In this document: one piece after another, positions 22,470-34,597 of the stretch | Layout of the letters: the number at the start of each line of letters is the position of its first letter | How positions within the stretch are numbered: the first letter of the stretch is position 1 | DNA from: Raja brachyura | Lineage: Eukaryota | Length of the DNA: 64,000 nt | NCBI GenBank assembly: GCA_963514005.1 | Contig: OY740783.1 | Span: 55,304,001-55,368,000, forward strand | Reading direction: 5' to 3' | The notes under the pieces: generated by a model | Seen by the model: only the letters and a program-made list of their open reading frames with translations | What the model was told of the DNA's origin: nothing | Databases searched by the model: none | Position numbers and translations under genes: made by a program

Positions 22470-24675
22470 AAAGGAAGACATCATAGCCTATTATGCCCAT
22501 ACAGATAAATCCTTAAGCAATATTCATCTACCTAAAGATGCAATAACATGTAGTAATGTTAATTGTAAAGATATGAAGCATAGGAGAGATATCTGCTCCA
22601 TGTATAATGATATAGTCAGCGCCTTATATGTAGGCAGTAAGCCCTACTGCAAGCATAAAAATAAGACACATAACATCAGACCTGGCTGGAATCAGTATGT
22701 AGCTGAGTATCATACTGAAGCCCGTGAAGCCACCAAAGCATGGGCTATGGCAGGTAGACCAAGACAGGGGCCTGTGTTTGAGCACAAGAAGCTCACTAAT
22801 GCAAGGTATAAGTATGCTGTTCGCTTCATCTGTAAAAATGAGCAAGCTATGAGGGCTGATTCCATGGCTAAGAAGCTGCTAAGTAACAATGCTACAGATT
22901 TTTGGAAGGAAGTGAGAGCTCTTAGCAGTTGCAAAACATCTCAACCATGTACGGTAGATGGAATCTCCGGAACAGCTAATATCGCGGAGTTATGGCGACA
23001 GCATTATAGCACTTTATTCAACTGTGTCCAAGGTGACTTGTATAGGGTGGACAATGTTGAGAGTAATGACTCGATGGCGATTATGTCACATGAGGTGCAT
23101 CATGCCATGAACAAGCTGTCCAACAACAAAGCAAGTGGCTTGGATCATATCTCTGCTGAACAACTTAAGTATGCGAGTATGAGGATAGCTCCTCTCCTAG
23201 CTATTTGTTTTACTGACTTTATGATTCATGGCTTGTTACCAGACTCAATGTTGTCTGTCCTGTTAGTGCCGGTTATTAAGGACAAAGCTGGTAAAGTAGG
23301 CAGTCTAAATAATTACAGGCCCATAGCTTTAGCCAGCATATTGTCAAAAGTCTTATAAAGAGTTCTGCTGGATAGAATAAATGAGTTTGTTAACTCCACA
23401 GATAACCAGGTTGGCTTTAAAGCTAAACATGGCACTGACTTATGCATATATGCCCTAAAGGAGATTGTAAACAAATATAGAGGCAAAAACCCTTCAATCC
23501 TTATGTGCTTTATTGATGCTTCCAAAGCCTTTGACCGTGTCAATCACAGAAAGCTGTTTGGTAAAATGAGTCAAAGAGGGGTGCCTAAATACATTGTTAG
23601 AATTCTGGCCTACTGGTATGCCCACCAGACTATGCAAATAAAATGGGGCAATAGGGTCTCAGCCCCATTTGGGGTTAGCAATGATGTTAGACAAGGGGGA
23701 ATTTTGTCCCCAGTCCTTTTTAATCTATATATTGATGATCTGTCTGAACAATTGAAAGCCTGCAACATTGGGTGCGTGATTGGTAATATTTTAGTGAACC
23801 ATATTATGTATGCAGATGATCTTGTGGTCTTTAGTCCATCTAGCGCTGGTCTCCAGCAGCTCCTTACTACATGTTCCGTGTATGGTGTGGAACATGACAT
23901 TAAATATAATGCTAGTAAGAGTGCTGTTATGGTCTGTAGAACCAAAGAGGATAAAAGCCTAAAATATCCTGATTTTAAATTGTCTGACAACAATCTTAGT
24001 GTCTGTAATAAGATAAAATATCTAGGGCATATTATTACAGAACAAATGACAGATGATGAGGATATTTATAGGCAACGACGCATGCTGTATATACAGGCGA
24101 ATATCCTCTTGCGTAAATTTGGTGCGTGTGCAGATGTGGTGAAGATGGCGCTATTTAGAGCATACTGCACACCCCTCTACACTGCGCACCTGTGGTCGAA
24201 CTATTTAAAGACAAGTATGCAGAGACTAAAGGTGGTATATAACGATGCCATGAGAACACTGCTAAGGCAACCAAGATGGTGTAGTGCCAGTAATACGTTT
24301 GTGGCGGCAGGAGTCAGTACTTTAGAAGCTATCCTAAGACACCACATGTATAAATTCATTTGCAGGATAAATGACTATAAAAATGTGCTTATTGTGGCCT
24401 TGACAAACATAAGGGTTAGCACTACCCGCTACGAATCCCAGCTGTGGAGACACTGGTATCGTTGTCTCGTTGTACGACATTGATCATCTTTTACTCTGGA
24501 TTTTTAACTTAAGTATTGTGGGGTTTTTTTAATATATAAATTATGATTTTTTTTAAATGTGATTTACCTTGATTTTATATATATTTATGATATTTGATAT
24601 GCAATGCATTTTTAATGTAATGTTGTCCCTTGTCTGGACCTTGAGTCCGTAATAAAGTTATTATTGTATTATTAA
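22470..24675 (+). mobile_element. 5'-truncated LINE, probably RTE-X clade, RT frame broken by one nonsense codon
   Basis: ORFs 22573-23358 and 23503-24483 are the same frame joined through one TAA (KVL*RVLLDRI); motifs NYRPIAL, GFKAKHGTDLC, DASKAFDRV, VRQGGILSP, YADD; ends AATAAA then (TTA)-like repeats. Clade assignment is from memory of motifs. Confidence 0.75.
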
Positions 24676-24914
24676 TGTAGATGTGGCTCGCTGCAGATTG
24701 TTAGCGTAATGTGAACAATGCTCAAATTATACCATTTCATCTTGGTAACTTGGCTGTAACATTTAACTTTCCGGAAAAATGGAAAACAGGTTATCTTCAG
24801 GGTACGAGTGACGAGTTCATGGATGAATCAGTACTTGTGAGATAGGTAGGGTGGAGTTGTCAGATGCTGCAGGGCTGTAATGTCTAAGGTAAAGTCTAAA
24901 GACATCTTTTAGTT

Positions 24915-25225
24915 TTAGTATTTTAATGTTTGAGATAAAGCAAGGAAACAGGCCCGTCGGCTCACCAAGTTTACGCCGACCAGCAATCCCCATATACTAG
25001 CATTATCCTGCACACTAAGGACAGTTTATAGTTTTAACCAAAGTCAAATTCAACTACAAACCTGTACATCTTTGCAGTGTGGGATGAAACTGGAGCACCC
25101 GGGGAAAACCCACGAGGTCAAGGGGAGAACGTGCAACTTCACCCATACAGACAGCATCTGTAGTCAGGATTGAACCCGGGTCTCTGGCGCTGTAAGGCAG
25201 CAACACTACCGCTGTGCCACCATGC
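24915..25225 (-). mobile_element. tRNA-derived SINE (V-SINE/HE1-like)
   Basis: Minus strand: GGCATGGTGGCACAGCGGTAG (A box), GGTTCAATCC (B box), V-domain-like TTGCACGTTCTCCCC, CR1-like tail. Confidence 0.8.
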
Positions 25226-26542
25226 CACCCCATAGCACATCGTTTGTCATGTGGAAGCTCGGTTTGCAGCAATAGCATTGCATCTTGTAGAGCTAAATGC
25301 CTATGTATTTATATAAATATGATGCTGGATGGCTACATTTCTGATGTATACCTGTTCAGATTACAAACAATTCTCAGGAACGGAAATAACCCTGTCTAAC
25401 CCCGGGAGGACTGCACCATCAGCAGTCAGAGACCGAACATTGGACTCCGAGACTCCCCACCACCTCACCCAATCAAAATTTCTGGTGCGTTTAGAGAAGC
25501 GTGTATAGCGCATCAACTCAGGAACGAGTAGCAATGTATCATCAACCTCTGCCTATACAGTACCTGAGCAAGATCAAGTACACAGTACATCCCTGGGAGC
25601 TTAATGTACATGTAGCTCAGAGCACAGGAAGGATGAACATAAAATGTAACAATCTCCGTATTGTTTTATTTTGTAAGCAGTTCCTATTCATATGTTCATA
25701 CATTTTCTTTGTTAAGTGAAGTGAAAAATACAAAAATAAAGTTAAGTATAATACTTGCACTGACCTGATGATATAACTCTTAAGTTATTGATTGCACCCA
25801 CAGCATAGTTACCGTGTAGCCTCATTTATGTAACTGCACAGAAATTAATGGTGTACTTCCTATTGCTTTTCCTCACTGCCACAACATAACCAGGGAAGAC
25901 TTTTTGCCGTTACTTTCACGACATACAAGCACGAACAATTTTATTTTAAAATACTTACGTTGGATTTTATTCAGTATAAAAGTTGGTAAGCATGCACAAA
26001 TCAAAGCAGATATGCATCTTTAAAACCCTGAAATTTCACAAGGAATAGATGACATATGTTTCCCACACCAACAGAGGGACAGAACTGCTGCAGATTGATC
26101 CCACTGAGAGTAGTGATGGATATATCACAATGGTGTGCTCTCTGTTTTTCCACGCTACATTGATCAGGCATTGCAAGCTGACATTTTCCAAACATAATTC
26201 CTTGCTAGTACCATTTCACATTTGGTGTTTCACATCTGTCCCCATGCTGCCTTCTACTTCTGAAGTATAAAGATCTTACAAAAGATGGCTTTGTCAAAGA
26301 GGCTTGTGGACTTAAATGAAGCAACACTGCAGAATCTGGCCGCTTCTGCATAGCTATTTCATGGTTATAATTCTTAATATTTAATTATTTTTTAAAATAT
26401 TTTTAATATATTTAAAATCTTATAAAGCAAACACTGTCAATTGCCAACTCAGGATTTTAGTATGTCTTCATGGTGATGAGATTTATATGAATGTGTCTAG
26501 CAATTAATTTATTTCTTGATTTTATATACTGTGATCCCTCAG

Positions 26543-26664
26543 ATCGCATCGCACAGAATATTATAAAGTCCTACTTGGAAACATGTCAGTATACGGTGGA
26601 GGAACTTCAGCAGCTGGCATGGCAGACGCATACATATGAAGAAATTAAAGTTTACCAAAACAAG
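26543..26664 (+). CDS. RORB: RORB coding exon (start of ligand-binding domain; [41 protein letters not shown])
   Basis: Peptide recognisably matches vertebrate ROR-beta; acceptor ctcag before 26543 and donor gtaacc after 26664; 122 nt, phase 1 to phase 0. Confidence 0.93.
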
Positions 26665-26781
26665 GTAACCACAATGTCTTCAGAGAACATCAACTTTTGG
26701 TTTCGAATAAAAGACAAAGGGAGGATGAGATGGTTACAACAGCTATCATAGCACGAGTGAGGCAAAGTATCTTGAAAGTGG

Positions 26782-27227
26782 GAAACACAAGGAACTGCAG
26801 ATGCTGAAATCTTGAGTAAAACACAAGGTACTGCAATATCTCAGCAGGTCAGGCAGCATCTTATGAGGAAATGGAGAGACGGTATTTCGGGTCAGGACCT
26901 ATCTTCGGACTAACTTCAATCAGCCATCTATTCATGTCCTCCAGAAATGCTGCCAGACATGCTGAGTTACTCCAGCACTTCATTTTTTATGAAAGTGGTA
27001 ATAATGTGTTGAAAGAAGAAGGAGAAACAAGGAACTGCCGATGCTAGTTCACAGAAAAAAAAGGCGCAAAGTGCTGGAGTAACTCCGCGGGTCAGGCATC
27101 TCTGGAGAACATAGATAAGTGATGTTTTGGGTCTAAGAAGGGTCCCGGCCTGAAACTTCACCTCTTCACCTTCTCCAGAGATGCTACCTGATCCATGGAG
27201 TTAATCCAACACTTTTGTGTCTTTTGG
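26782..27227. repeat. Two adjacent palindromic (inverted-arm) elements of the hammerhead-core family, each with its own TSD
   Basis: Arms GCTGGAGTAACTC.. / ..GAGTTACTCCAGC; TSD tgaaagtgg (26773-26781, 26990-26998) and tgaaagaagaa (27010-27020, 27228-27238). Confidence 0.65.
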
Positions 27228-27949
27228 TGAAAGAAGAATATGGAGCTAGAAGTCTAATTTCTCTGTATGCTGAGAAAGGGAGGGTTTTCTTGCAACTTGC
27301 AGTAAATCTGGAAATGCAATGCGTCTATCAATGATGGTGTAATGCACCCACTGCATTAGGATGTCATTATCGAGTTTCTTGATCAAAGGATATGATTAGA
27401 AATGATGATTCAATTTCAACTTCAAAATGTAAATGGATACTCCAAAATAGCAAGTTGTAAAGGAGACGGAGTAAGTACTGGTGGCATTGTGCTGAGAGCA
27501 GCAGATGCAGCTGCCATTTTCTTTATTTGAAGTGTTGAGAGCTATCAGGCCAGGTAGGGAACTGCTCGTGTTTACTGATAGGAAGAAGCAGCCTGCTGGC
27601 GGAACAAAGAAGCGAAGGCCACAGAGAGTCACGTAGCTCTAGAGCTGGAAGTAGGGAATATGCTAATGTATTCAGAGCTGACAGAGATTTAGTGACCTAA
27701 TAAGAGCAAGATTGGTGATACAGTCTGCTATACATTGATGTCTCCACCACCCAATCTCCTTAACCTACCTTCACATTCCACACACCAACTTACCTCTACT
27801 AATGCTGCAAATGCACTGACCCTTCTTCATATTCCCATCAGTCAACCCACCACTTACGCCCACCCCCTTCTTTATTCATGCCATGTCTCATTCCTGTCAA
27901 TCTCAGCAAATGCTATCCATATACCATTTCTCTGATTCAATGGTTCTAG

Positions 27950-28210
27950 AGATTCAGCATGAAAACCAGCCCTTCGGCCCACTGAGTCCATTCCAACCTC
28001 CAACCATCCATTCACACTTGTTCTATGTTATCCCACTTTCTCATCCACTCCCTATACATTAAGGGCAATTTCACACATGCCAATCAATCTGCAAGCCCGC
28101 ACGTCTTTGAGATGTAGGAGAAAACCAGAGCACCCGAGGTCATGATCAAACCAAGGTCTCTGGCGCTATGAGGCAATAGCTTTACCAGCTGTGCTCCTGT
28201 GCCACCCTGA
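27950..28210 (-). mobile_element. tRNA-derived SINE (internally deleted)
   Basis: Same family head and tail on the minus strand with the central part missing. Confidence 0.65.
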
Positions 28211-29123
28211 TCTCTCTTCCCTCATTACAGAAAAATGAAACACAGAGCAGGAGGATGAAGATGAAATGTATTCAAGAGAGAGTTAGATAGAGCTCTTAGG
28301 GCTAACTGAATCAAGGGACATGGGGAGAAAGCAGGGACGGAATTCTAATTGGGGATGGTCAGCCATGATCACATTGAATGGTGGCGCTGGCTCGAAGGGC
28401 AAAATGGCTTACTCCTGCACCTATTGTCTATTGTCTAACTACATGCAGAGGCTGAGATAGTAGAGAAAAATGTTGTCTTTGACTATCATAAATCAGGAGA
28501 TAAGGTAATCATAAGTATCTTGTCAAGAATTTTATATCAGTACTCCACATGGCAAACACATTTGCGAGCCGCGTGGTAGAAAGATCCCAGCGAGCTGCGC
28601 CAATATGCCAATGTTGGACCTGGCTGGCCCTCCGCGGAACCGGGAGCCCGCCCAGAGAGGGAAGCCGCTGAGCCTGGTCCTTGCTCATCCTGCGGACTGG
28701 AGAGGAGTGAGTCATAGTGGTAACAGAGGGTCGGTAAGCAGACTGGTTCTGGGAGGCAGTGCAGTCCACCTCCACGGTGGAGTGGGCCACTGGAGGCCCA
28801 GCAGAAGCCTGAAGCCCGACTGGGACAAGCGCCGCTCCATGAGACCAAGACCGGATGCGACCTGCAGCTGCACGGACCAGTGGAGCAGTGAAGGACTCCA
28901 ACAGACCGACCCTGCAACACCACTAGGACAACAGGCCTTCATGGTTAGATCAGGATTTCTGCACTTACACCAACTGGGACGTGAAAATCTCACCAGATCT
29001 GGCGACTGCTGTATACTGTCTCAGCATGATATTTTCCTCACTTGTTTTGTATCTAAGATGTGGTTATGTATAGCGATACCCGGACCGGGCGTCGAAGGAC
29101 AAGAAGCCGAAGCGAAGAGATGG

Positions 29124-29300
29124 AAGCCAAGATACCGAACGGACATGACGCCAAAAAGCCAAATAACCGAACGGAAATGATGCCGAAAAACCAAATAACC
29201 CAATGGGCACGACACAGATAAGCCAAATAACCAAACGGACGCAATGCCAAAAAGCCATTAACTGAACGGAAACAATGCCGAAAAGCCAAATAATGGACAT
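29124..29300. repeat. Tandem array of about 5.5 copies of a 32-bp unit (two 16-bp CCGAA-ending subunits)
   Basis: AAGCCAAATAACCGAACGGAAATGATGCCGAA and variants at 32-bp spacing. Confidence 0.8.
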
Positions 29301-29567
29301 TACGTCTCCAGGGACTGGATTTGGCTGAGACCTTGTCAGTGATTGGTCCAGACCCCGTGTCCATCACATCACTGGTCGGGGGAGACGGGAGGGTGGGGGT
29401 CATTTTAATTTTCCTTCGCCGCTTTTGGACTGTCACAGATCATAGAGCGGATTATTTTTGTAAACGTTGATCTACCACGGTGCTTGGGGTTAAGAGGCTG
29501 CAATCTCTATCTCTCTCCTTCTTTCTGGCTCTCTCTCTCCCCTCTCTCTCTCCCCTCCCTTTCTCCC

Positions 29568-29743
29568 TTTTTTTTCCAAGGACTTTATTCAGCATAATAC
29601 AGCATATCAAAAACACATTCAAAGGTTACAATACATCAAACATTCATTACAGTACAATGATACAGTCATTAATTACAATGATCTCGACCCCACGCTGCGA
29701 CCAGCGTTCACGGATGGCCTCTAGAGTCCCCGTGGACAAAGCG
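29568..29743 (-). mobile_element. 3' end of a second Tx1 element related to the 14736-21428 family
   Basis: Minus strand encodes ALSTGTLEAIRERWSQRGVE versus AVFTGTLEAFRQRWSPRGVE in the full-length copy; AATAAA and short poly(A); the remainder is lost in the gap. Confidence 0.85.
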
Positions 29744-29918
29744 NNNNNNNNNNNNNNNNNNNNNNNNNNNNNNNNNNNNNNNNNNNNNNNNNNNNNNNNN
29801 NNNNNNNNNNNNNNNNNNNNNNNNNNNNNNNNNNNNNNNNNNNNNNNNNNNNNNNNNNNNNNNNNNNNNNNNNNNNNNNNNNNNNNNNNNNNNNNNNNNN
29901 NNNNNNNNNNNNNNNNNN
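29744..29918. other. Assembly gap
   Basis: Run of N. Confidence 1.
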
Positions 29919-30139
29919 CTGGCGTTTTGCAAAGACAACTGCATCTGCAGTTCCATCCTATTGAAGAAGAACCCTGGCCCGAAACAACTCCTAATCCATT
30001 TCCTCCACAGATGCTGCCTAGCCCACTGAGTTCCTCCAGCACTCTGTTTTTTTATTTAACTATAATTGAAGATAGAAACAAGAAGCTGGAGTAACTCAGC
30101 GGGACAGGCAGCATCCCTGGATAGAAGGAATGGGTGACG

Positions 30140-30632
30140 AAATAGCCTTCGACAGAAAGAAACTGCGATCTACAGAGCTTGCAGTGGAGGCAGAACAGCG
30201 GGGCTGGGGAGCTATGATTTGCCTGGTAGAAGTTGGATGTTGAGGATTCATGGCAACATCAACCATAAGACTGATGAAGGGCCTGGGGATCAGCAGACAA
30301 GCCCTAGGCCAGGCCATCAAAGAAACATCACGGGTGGCAGAGCGGAGTAGCCAGTAGCTCTGGCTGAAGAGGAAAGACCCCATTTGGTCTCCCAAATAAC
30401 CGACTAGACAGATGCAGAGGGGGGTGGTTCTGGGATGCCAGAATGCACCGCTGAGCCTACTGGAGACGTCGTGGGTCCAATCAGTGAAACATCGATGAAA
30501 GTAGGTGCCCACTTGATAACCCCAATGACGTGTCTGCCTAGCCTTTCTCAACATCGGAGGAGCATAGGTGAGTGCATAAGGCTCCCGTCACCATCAGGAG
30601 CAAGTTGACATTTGGCACTTTGGATTTTTAAC
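30140..30632 (+). mobile_element. 3' fragment of a HERO (R2-group, restriction-like endonuclease) non-LTR retrotransposon
   Basis: Hand translation from 30145: AFDRKKLRSTELAVEAEQRGWGAMICLVEVGC*GFMATSTIRLMKGLG...AERSSQ*LWLKRKDPIWSPK-stop (30399); the ERK..Y..L / VEVGCRGF / WLWLKR pattern is typical of the HERO C-terminus; two nonsense codons. Confidence 0.8.
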
Positions 30633-30991
30633 ATTTTGTCCTGTGTATTTGGAAACATTAAAGCAGGACATTTTATTTTGTTTTTGATCTTTAGAAACGA
30701 TTATGTTGTACCTATTTTTGTTTATTTGTGCACTATGGGCGGCTGGAATGTAATCATGTATTGTCTTTTCTTTGACATGGAAAGCACGCAAACAAAAACT
30801 TTCCACTGCTAGTCGGTGCACGTGACAATAATAAACTAAACTAAGCTAAATAACTAAACTATTTCATCCACTACAATAATCACTGTAGATTAATATGTTC
30901 CGATCCATATTGGAGTTAGGAATTATGATTTATCTTCCTTGTTGTCCGCAAACCTTTAATGTGAATGCCCAGCCCATTTGATGGCATCATT

Positions 30992-31280
30992 AGGGCAGCA
31001 CAATGATGCAGCAGTAGAGTTGCTGCCTTACAGCGCCAGAGACCTGGGTTCGATCCTGACTACGGGTGTTGTCTGTACAGAGTTTGCACGTTCTCTCTGT
31101 GACTACGTTGGTTTCCTCCGGGTCCTCCGGTTTCCTCCCACATTCCAAAGACGTGTGGGCTTGTAAGTTAATTGGATTGTATAAATTATCCCTAGTGTGC
31201 AGGATAGAACTACTGTACAAGGTCGGCGTGGACTCGGTGGGCCAAAGGGCCTGTTTCCATGCTTTATCTCTAAACTAAAC
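30992..31280 (+). mobile_element. tRNA-derived SINE (V-SINE/HE1-like)
   Basis: B box GGTTCGATCC, GAGTTTGCACGTTCTC core, tail AAGGGCCTGTTTCC...CTAAACTAAAC. Confidence 0.85.
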
Positions 31281-31613
31281 AGATGAGAAGCAGGAGTCCC
31301 GTTGAACGTATAGTACTCAGCAGCAAGATCAGAATGGGGAGGTCCTTGCTGCAGAGATCACATGATCTTTGTGAGCAGCTTATCATTGTTGCTTCATCAC
31401 TGACGCAAGTGTAAGGCTTTTCTGCTTAAGGGTGGAAAATAATGATCTCTGGTCACCTGTGGAACATAGGTCAGTGCAGCAGAGGAACAGGCTCTTCGGC
31501 CTACCATGTCTGTACTGTGCATGATACCAATTTATACTAAACTCCCCATCTTCCTGCACATGGCCTGTATCCTACTACCCAGGCCTGTAAACTGCAGTTT
31601 ACTGAGATATGAT

Positions 31614-32096
31614 AACCTTCCAGCAGCACTTGATGTCAGTCTCTGAATGTTATCAACTCGGTGAAAGACGCTCTCTGGTCTGCCCGAGCTTTGTTCACCA
31701 CCCAGCAGAGCGAGATGTCCGTCGGGGAATGTTGCCGACTGGCCCACTGCAGACTGCAGGAGTACGTACTAAGGGACGCACTGAAGCTCGGTGCAGCCAA
31801 CGCCAAGGCTCGGTGGGGGAGGGCCACAGTCTAAGGTCCTTCCGCTGCTGGACATGGGGGCACTGTATGGTGGAGACGCCCCTCAAAATAAGGGAAGGTA
31901 TCCCATGCCGGGGGGCCACATGAGTGGCACGGGTGGGGGATTAATTAGTAAAATTTGAAAAATGTATATAGACTGCATGGAAGAATTTGTATAGCCTCCG
32001 AAAATGTCGGATGGATTTTTCGCACGGTTGATGTATTGTAAATATTTATTACTTGAATAAAGTCTATTTTGAAATTTAAAAAAAAAAAAAAAAAAA
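31614..32096 (+). mobile_element. 5'-truncated Tx1-clade LINE (different family) with 5' inversion, poly(A) tail and 18-bp TSD
   Basis: Encodes VINSVKDALWSARALFTTQQSEMSVGECCRLAHCRLQEYVLRDALKLGAANAKARWGRATV-stop (31834); AATAAA plus poly(A); TSD agtttactgagatatgat at 31596-31613 and 32097-32114. Confidence 0.85.
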
Positions 32097-32444
32097 AGTT
32101 TACTGAGATATGATTGTTGCCAATGGTTTCCCACCAGATCATGAAATCACTTCTGCTGCCCATAACTTTGATAGGATAAAGGTGATTTTGTGTAATGTGC
32201 CAAGTTTGTGTGCCAAATATCTCCAGAAACTACTGTTTTCCAGTATCTGCCGTTTTTGTTTTGCATTTTTAAAAATAAGGAACAAGTATGATTTGAAATG
32301 TAAAAATAGCATATTCCTGACTTTCCTGTCACCAAGAAGTAATTGCAGGGTTTAACAATCTAGAAAAATTAAATAGCAAAGATAAATAATTCAGTTAGGA
32401 AATGGAAAGGTTTTCTTCCAGAAAAAAGCAAGGAAATTTGCAGC

Positions 32445-32735
32445 ACATTGGCACAGCTGGTTGAGTTGCTGCCTCACCAGCATCACCATGCATTCATACC
32501 TGAGCTCAGGTGCTGTCCTTGCAGAATTTGCATGTTCTCCCTGTGGCTGCATGGGTTTCTTCCGGATGTTCTGGATTTCTCACACATCCCAAAGATGTGT
32601 GGGTTTGTTGGTTAATTTGCCACTGTAAATTTTCCCTAGGGTGTAGGAAATAGTGAGAAAGTGGGATAAGATAGAACTATTGTAAATGAGTGGTCGATGG
32701 TCAGTGTGGACTCCGTGGGCCATGCTGTATCTTTC
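32445..32735 (+). mobile_element. tRNA-derived SINE (V-SINE/HE1-like), diverged
   Basis: GAATTTGCATGTTCTCCCTGTG core and CACATCCCAAAGA motif. Confidence 0.75.
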
Positions 32736-33033
32736 AATCAACATAGGAGTTGCAAAAACGGAATGGATGGATAAACAAGATAAATAGCTACGGTGAAGTT
32801 GCAATTAATAGTATTCAAGCCACAAGTCCACTATCCATTCCCTCTAATGCATCTCAATTGGTTGCTTGGCCAAGCTAAAGCAGCTTTCAGAAACAATACC
32901 ACATCTCTCTTATATTTTGCCGAAAATACCTCTGCTCTTTTTGGCATACTGTATGTTTCTGACACATGAGAAATGTTTCTGTGCAATTTTGTTTCTCTTC
33001 TTTCATTACTGTATCTCTTTTCTCTTTCAAAAG

Positions 33034-33166
33034 GTGAGGGAAGTCATATGGCAGCAGTGTGCAATTCAGGTCACGCATGCAATTCAGTACGTAGTCGAAT
33101 TTGCCAAACGCATTACAGGGTTTATGGACTTGTGTCAGAATGATCAAATTCTCCTTCTCAAATCAG
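33034..33166 (+). CDS. RORB: RORB coding exon ([44 protein letters not shown])
   Basis: Nuclear receptor LBD signature ([17 protein letters not shown]); pyrimidine tract plus aag acceptor, gtatgg donor; 133 nt, frame compatible with neighbouring exons. Confidence 0.95.
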
Positions 33167-34597
33167 GTATGGGTTACAACTATACTTAAATGATGCATAA
33201 CATTCTCTTTTTTATGGCTAAATATCAATGCTGGTGGTACTTAAAGGACAGCAAGGTAAAAATTGCTACAACTATTCTGTGTATGTGCAGGCAGACCCAA
33301 GCATAACAATGTGGACATTGAGCTGACGGAACAGGTTGAAAGTAATCGTTTTTTGAAGTTTCAAAATTTTATCTTATATAGGTTTAAGGTGAGGTGCAGA
33401 AAGATTTAAGAGGAACCTGAACGGTAACTTTTTCACACAAAGAACGGTGTGGGTATGGAATGAGCTGCCGGTGAAGGTAGTTGAGGCAGGTACTATTGCA
33501 GCATTTAAGAAACAGGTACATGGTTTAGATGGTTATGGGCCAAATACAGGCAAGTGGGACTAGTGCAGATGGGACATGTTGGCCGAAGGGCCTGTTTCCA
33601 CATTATAAGACTATGACTTGATTTTAATAAAAGTTAAGATGAAAGTTTTGAACTGGATGGTATCTAGTTATTCTGATGTAAATGTATTGATTACTTTGAC
33701 ATGACAAAAAATAGTTATTTCGCCAAATTCTTTGAGTGGAAACTGTGTCAGAAGACTCAGTAATCTCCCTGTTTTTTTTAGTGAATCTATTACAGTGATC
33801 TTAAGTTTTGAAAAGGTTCAAAGTTTAATTTATCTGACTATGCTGATTAGGCTAGTTGCCAAAGTGTCAGTGGTAAAAGCATTCAGATAGATTCTGAAAT
33901 GCAGTATCTAGAAGGGTGATGGAAGTTGATTTAACAGTAACTTTCAAAAGTATATAAGATATGTGCATAAAGAAAACAAATTACAGGATATTAGGGAAAG
34001 TGCAGGGAAATTCAACTATAGGAGACTGCAAGGGCAGGGGATTGTGCTGTGTGATTCAATTAACTAATCTAGAGAGGGACACAAAATGCTGAATTAACTC
34101 AGCGTGTCAATGGACATCTCTGAAGATGATCTAGAGAGGGCATTTGCTTATCTAAATTTCTTTTTACTTTACCTACGGTGGGCATGGTCCATTTCATCTG
34201 TGATACTCTCCTTATTCGACAAGCATCATCAGCATTAATAATTGGATGTGGTACCTTCAGGCAAGGGTCTATATCCCTGCAGGTGATACTTACCTTGAAT
34301 GAGATCATGTAATGATATGACAGTGTGCACTATACAAATCAAATGGTAATAAAACCTAAAGAAAACTAGATCTTAAAAGTTTCTGCTGGGCCAGAATAGA
34401 GAGGAGAGCCCAGGCATACACAATCCAGTGTCCAGTGACATTCATGGTTCACTGAGACAGATGCATGCTTCATGGTGTTGTAAGAAGTGTTAAAGCGGCC
34501 TTATTAGAGGGACTTGTTTAGATCAGTCCCAGCCCGAACATGCAATGCTGATAATCAATCACAAATAGGTTTTCTTAAGTAATATGGCAATGGCACA

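Noticed and set aside
25360-25484. Possible extra RORB cassette exon (ttcag...gtgcgt, open frame DYKQFSGTEITL...)
   Set aside because: 125 nt, would not preserve frame into the phase-1 exon at 26543 and has no similarity to ROR proteins.
1-26542. RORB DNA-binding-domain and hinge exons
   Set aside because: No C4 zinc-finger or AVKFGRMSKKQ-type sequence was found; these exons presumably lie upstream of the window or in a gap.
29124-29300. CRISPR-like regular repeats
   Set aside because: Units are head-to-tail with no unique spacers, there are no cas genes, and the DNA is vertebrate.
30992-31070. tRNA gene
   Set aside because: A/B boxes belong to SINE heads followed by V-domain and LINE-like tail; no complete cloverleaf.
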